Origin: a bacterium
Lineage (GTDB): Bacteria; 4484-113; JAFGCY01
Reading direction: 5' to 3'
Length of the DNA: 64,000 nt
NCBI GenBank assembly: GCA_016932385.1
Contig: JAFGCY010000011.1
Span: forward strand, 20,267 to 84,266
Under the pieces are notes generated by a model. The model saw nothing but the letters and a program-made list of their open reading frames with translations, ran no database searches and was not told the origin of the DNA. Within the stretch, counting starts at the first letter, position 1. Each line of letters begins with the position of its first letter. This document shows, piece after piece, positions 63,762-64,000 of this stretch. A program made the position numbers and the translations under genes.

Positions 63762-64000
63762 CTACGGTGTGAATTTATCGCGGGAGAAGACCAGGTCGGC
63801 AACCGGAGTTTCGTCGTACCAGATGGGGTTCGGCGCCGCTGTATCCGGATTGCCAATCCACTGAATCCAGTCGGGGAAACCATCGTAGCAGTACCAGATA
63901 CGCTTGCCTTCCAGTGGCCAGGCATAGGTATCCGGAACGATGAAGGCCAACGGGCGACCGTAAGAGTCAACCGGATCACCAGGCTGTGTCCACAAACCAA
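63762..64000 (-). CDS. Partial CDS (C-terminal end only), hypothetical W/P/D-rich protein
   Basis: The frame is open to the window edge. The W/Y/P/D-rich sequence (WPLEGKRIWYCYDGFPDWIQWIGNPD) is more protein-like than the overlapping R/S/T-rich frame 63686..64000. Confidence 0.45.
   Translation of the reverse strand, partial: GLWTQPGDPVDSYGRPLAFIVPDTYAWPLEGKRIWYCYDGFPDWIQWIGNPDTAAPNPIWYDETPVADLVFSRDKFTP

Noticed and set aside
1-64000. CRISPR arrays, IS elements or transposases, integrases, prophage genes, reverse transcriptases/DGRs, long tandem repeats.
   Set aside because: I found no regularly spaced direct repeats and no recognisable DDE/tyrosine/serine recombinase or RT motifs in any long ORF. 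The only repeats noted are short palindromes, the 9-nt GTTCACGCC tandem, and paralogous genes.

Overview
This is a high-GC bacterial chromosomal segment. Sampled 60-nt lines run about 60-70% GC, apart from one ~1.3 kb islet at ~42-45%. It is gene-dense on both strands, and I call about 70 protein-coding genes. I found no rRNA, tRNA, CRISPR array, transposase, integrase or reverse transcriptase. Most content is envelope and housekeeping function of a diderm: kdsA, lspA, an L,D-transpeptidase, an Slt-type lytic transglycosylase, pilT, purA, mtaD, threonine aldolase, methylmalonyl-CoA epimerase, TerC, a CaCA antiporter, a GuaB3-like protein, and many secreted or lipoproteins of unknown function. 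The most unusual region is ~14.8-26.4 kb. It holds a plus-strand block whose 13-gene core (16391-25129) is tightly packed, with many start/stop overlaps. The block runs: predicted sigma70 promoter + 23-codon uORF, SAM methyltransferase, 91-aa unknown, ABC ATPase, then nine tandem GNAT-fold paralogs (seven RimJ/RimL-like, two divergent). These are interrupted by an APH-type kinase and a 61-aa very basic ArfA-like mini-protein, followed by RtcB RNA ligase and finally the ABC-2 permease that should partner the ATPase. I read this as a candidate, apparently undescribed, translation-apparatus protection/repair or xenobiotic-modification island. Other points of interest are a response-regulator/HEAT/GT2 exopolysaccharide-type cluster with a nested palindrome upstream, three tandem YcgR-like PilZ genes, a dispersed lipoprotein paralog family, and the low-GC two-gene islet. 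All functional calls come from motif recognition by eye. No database search was possible.
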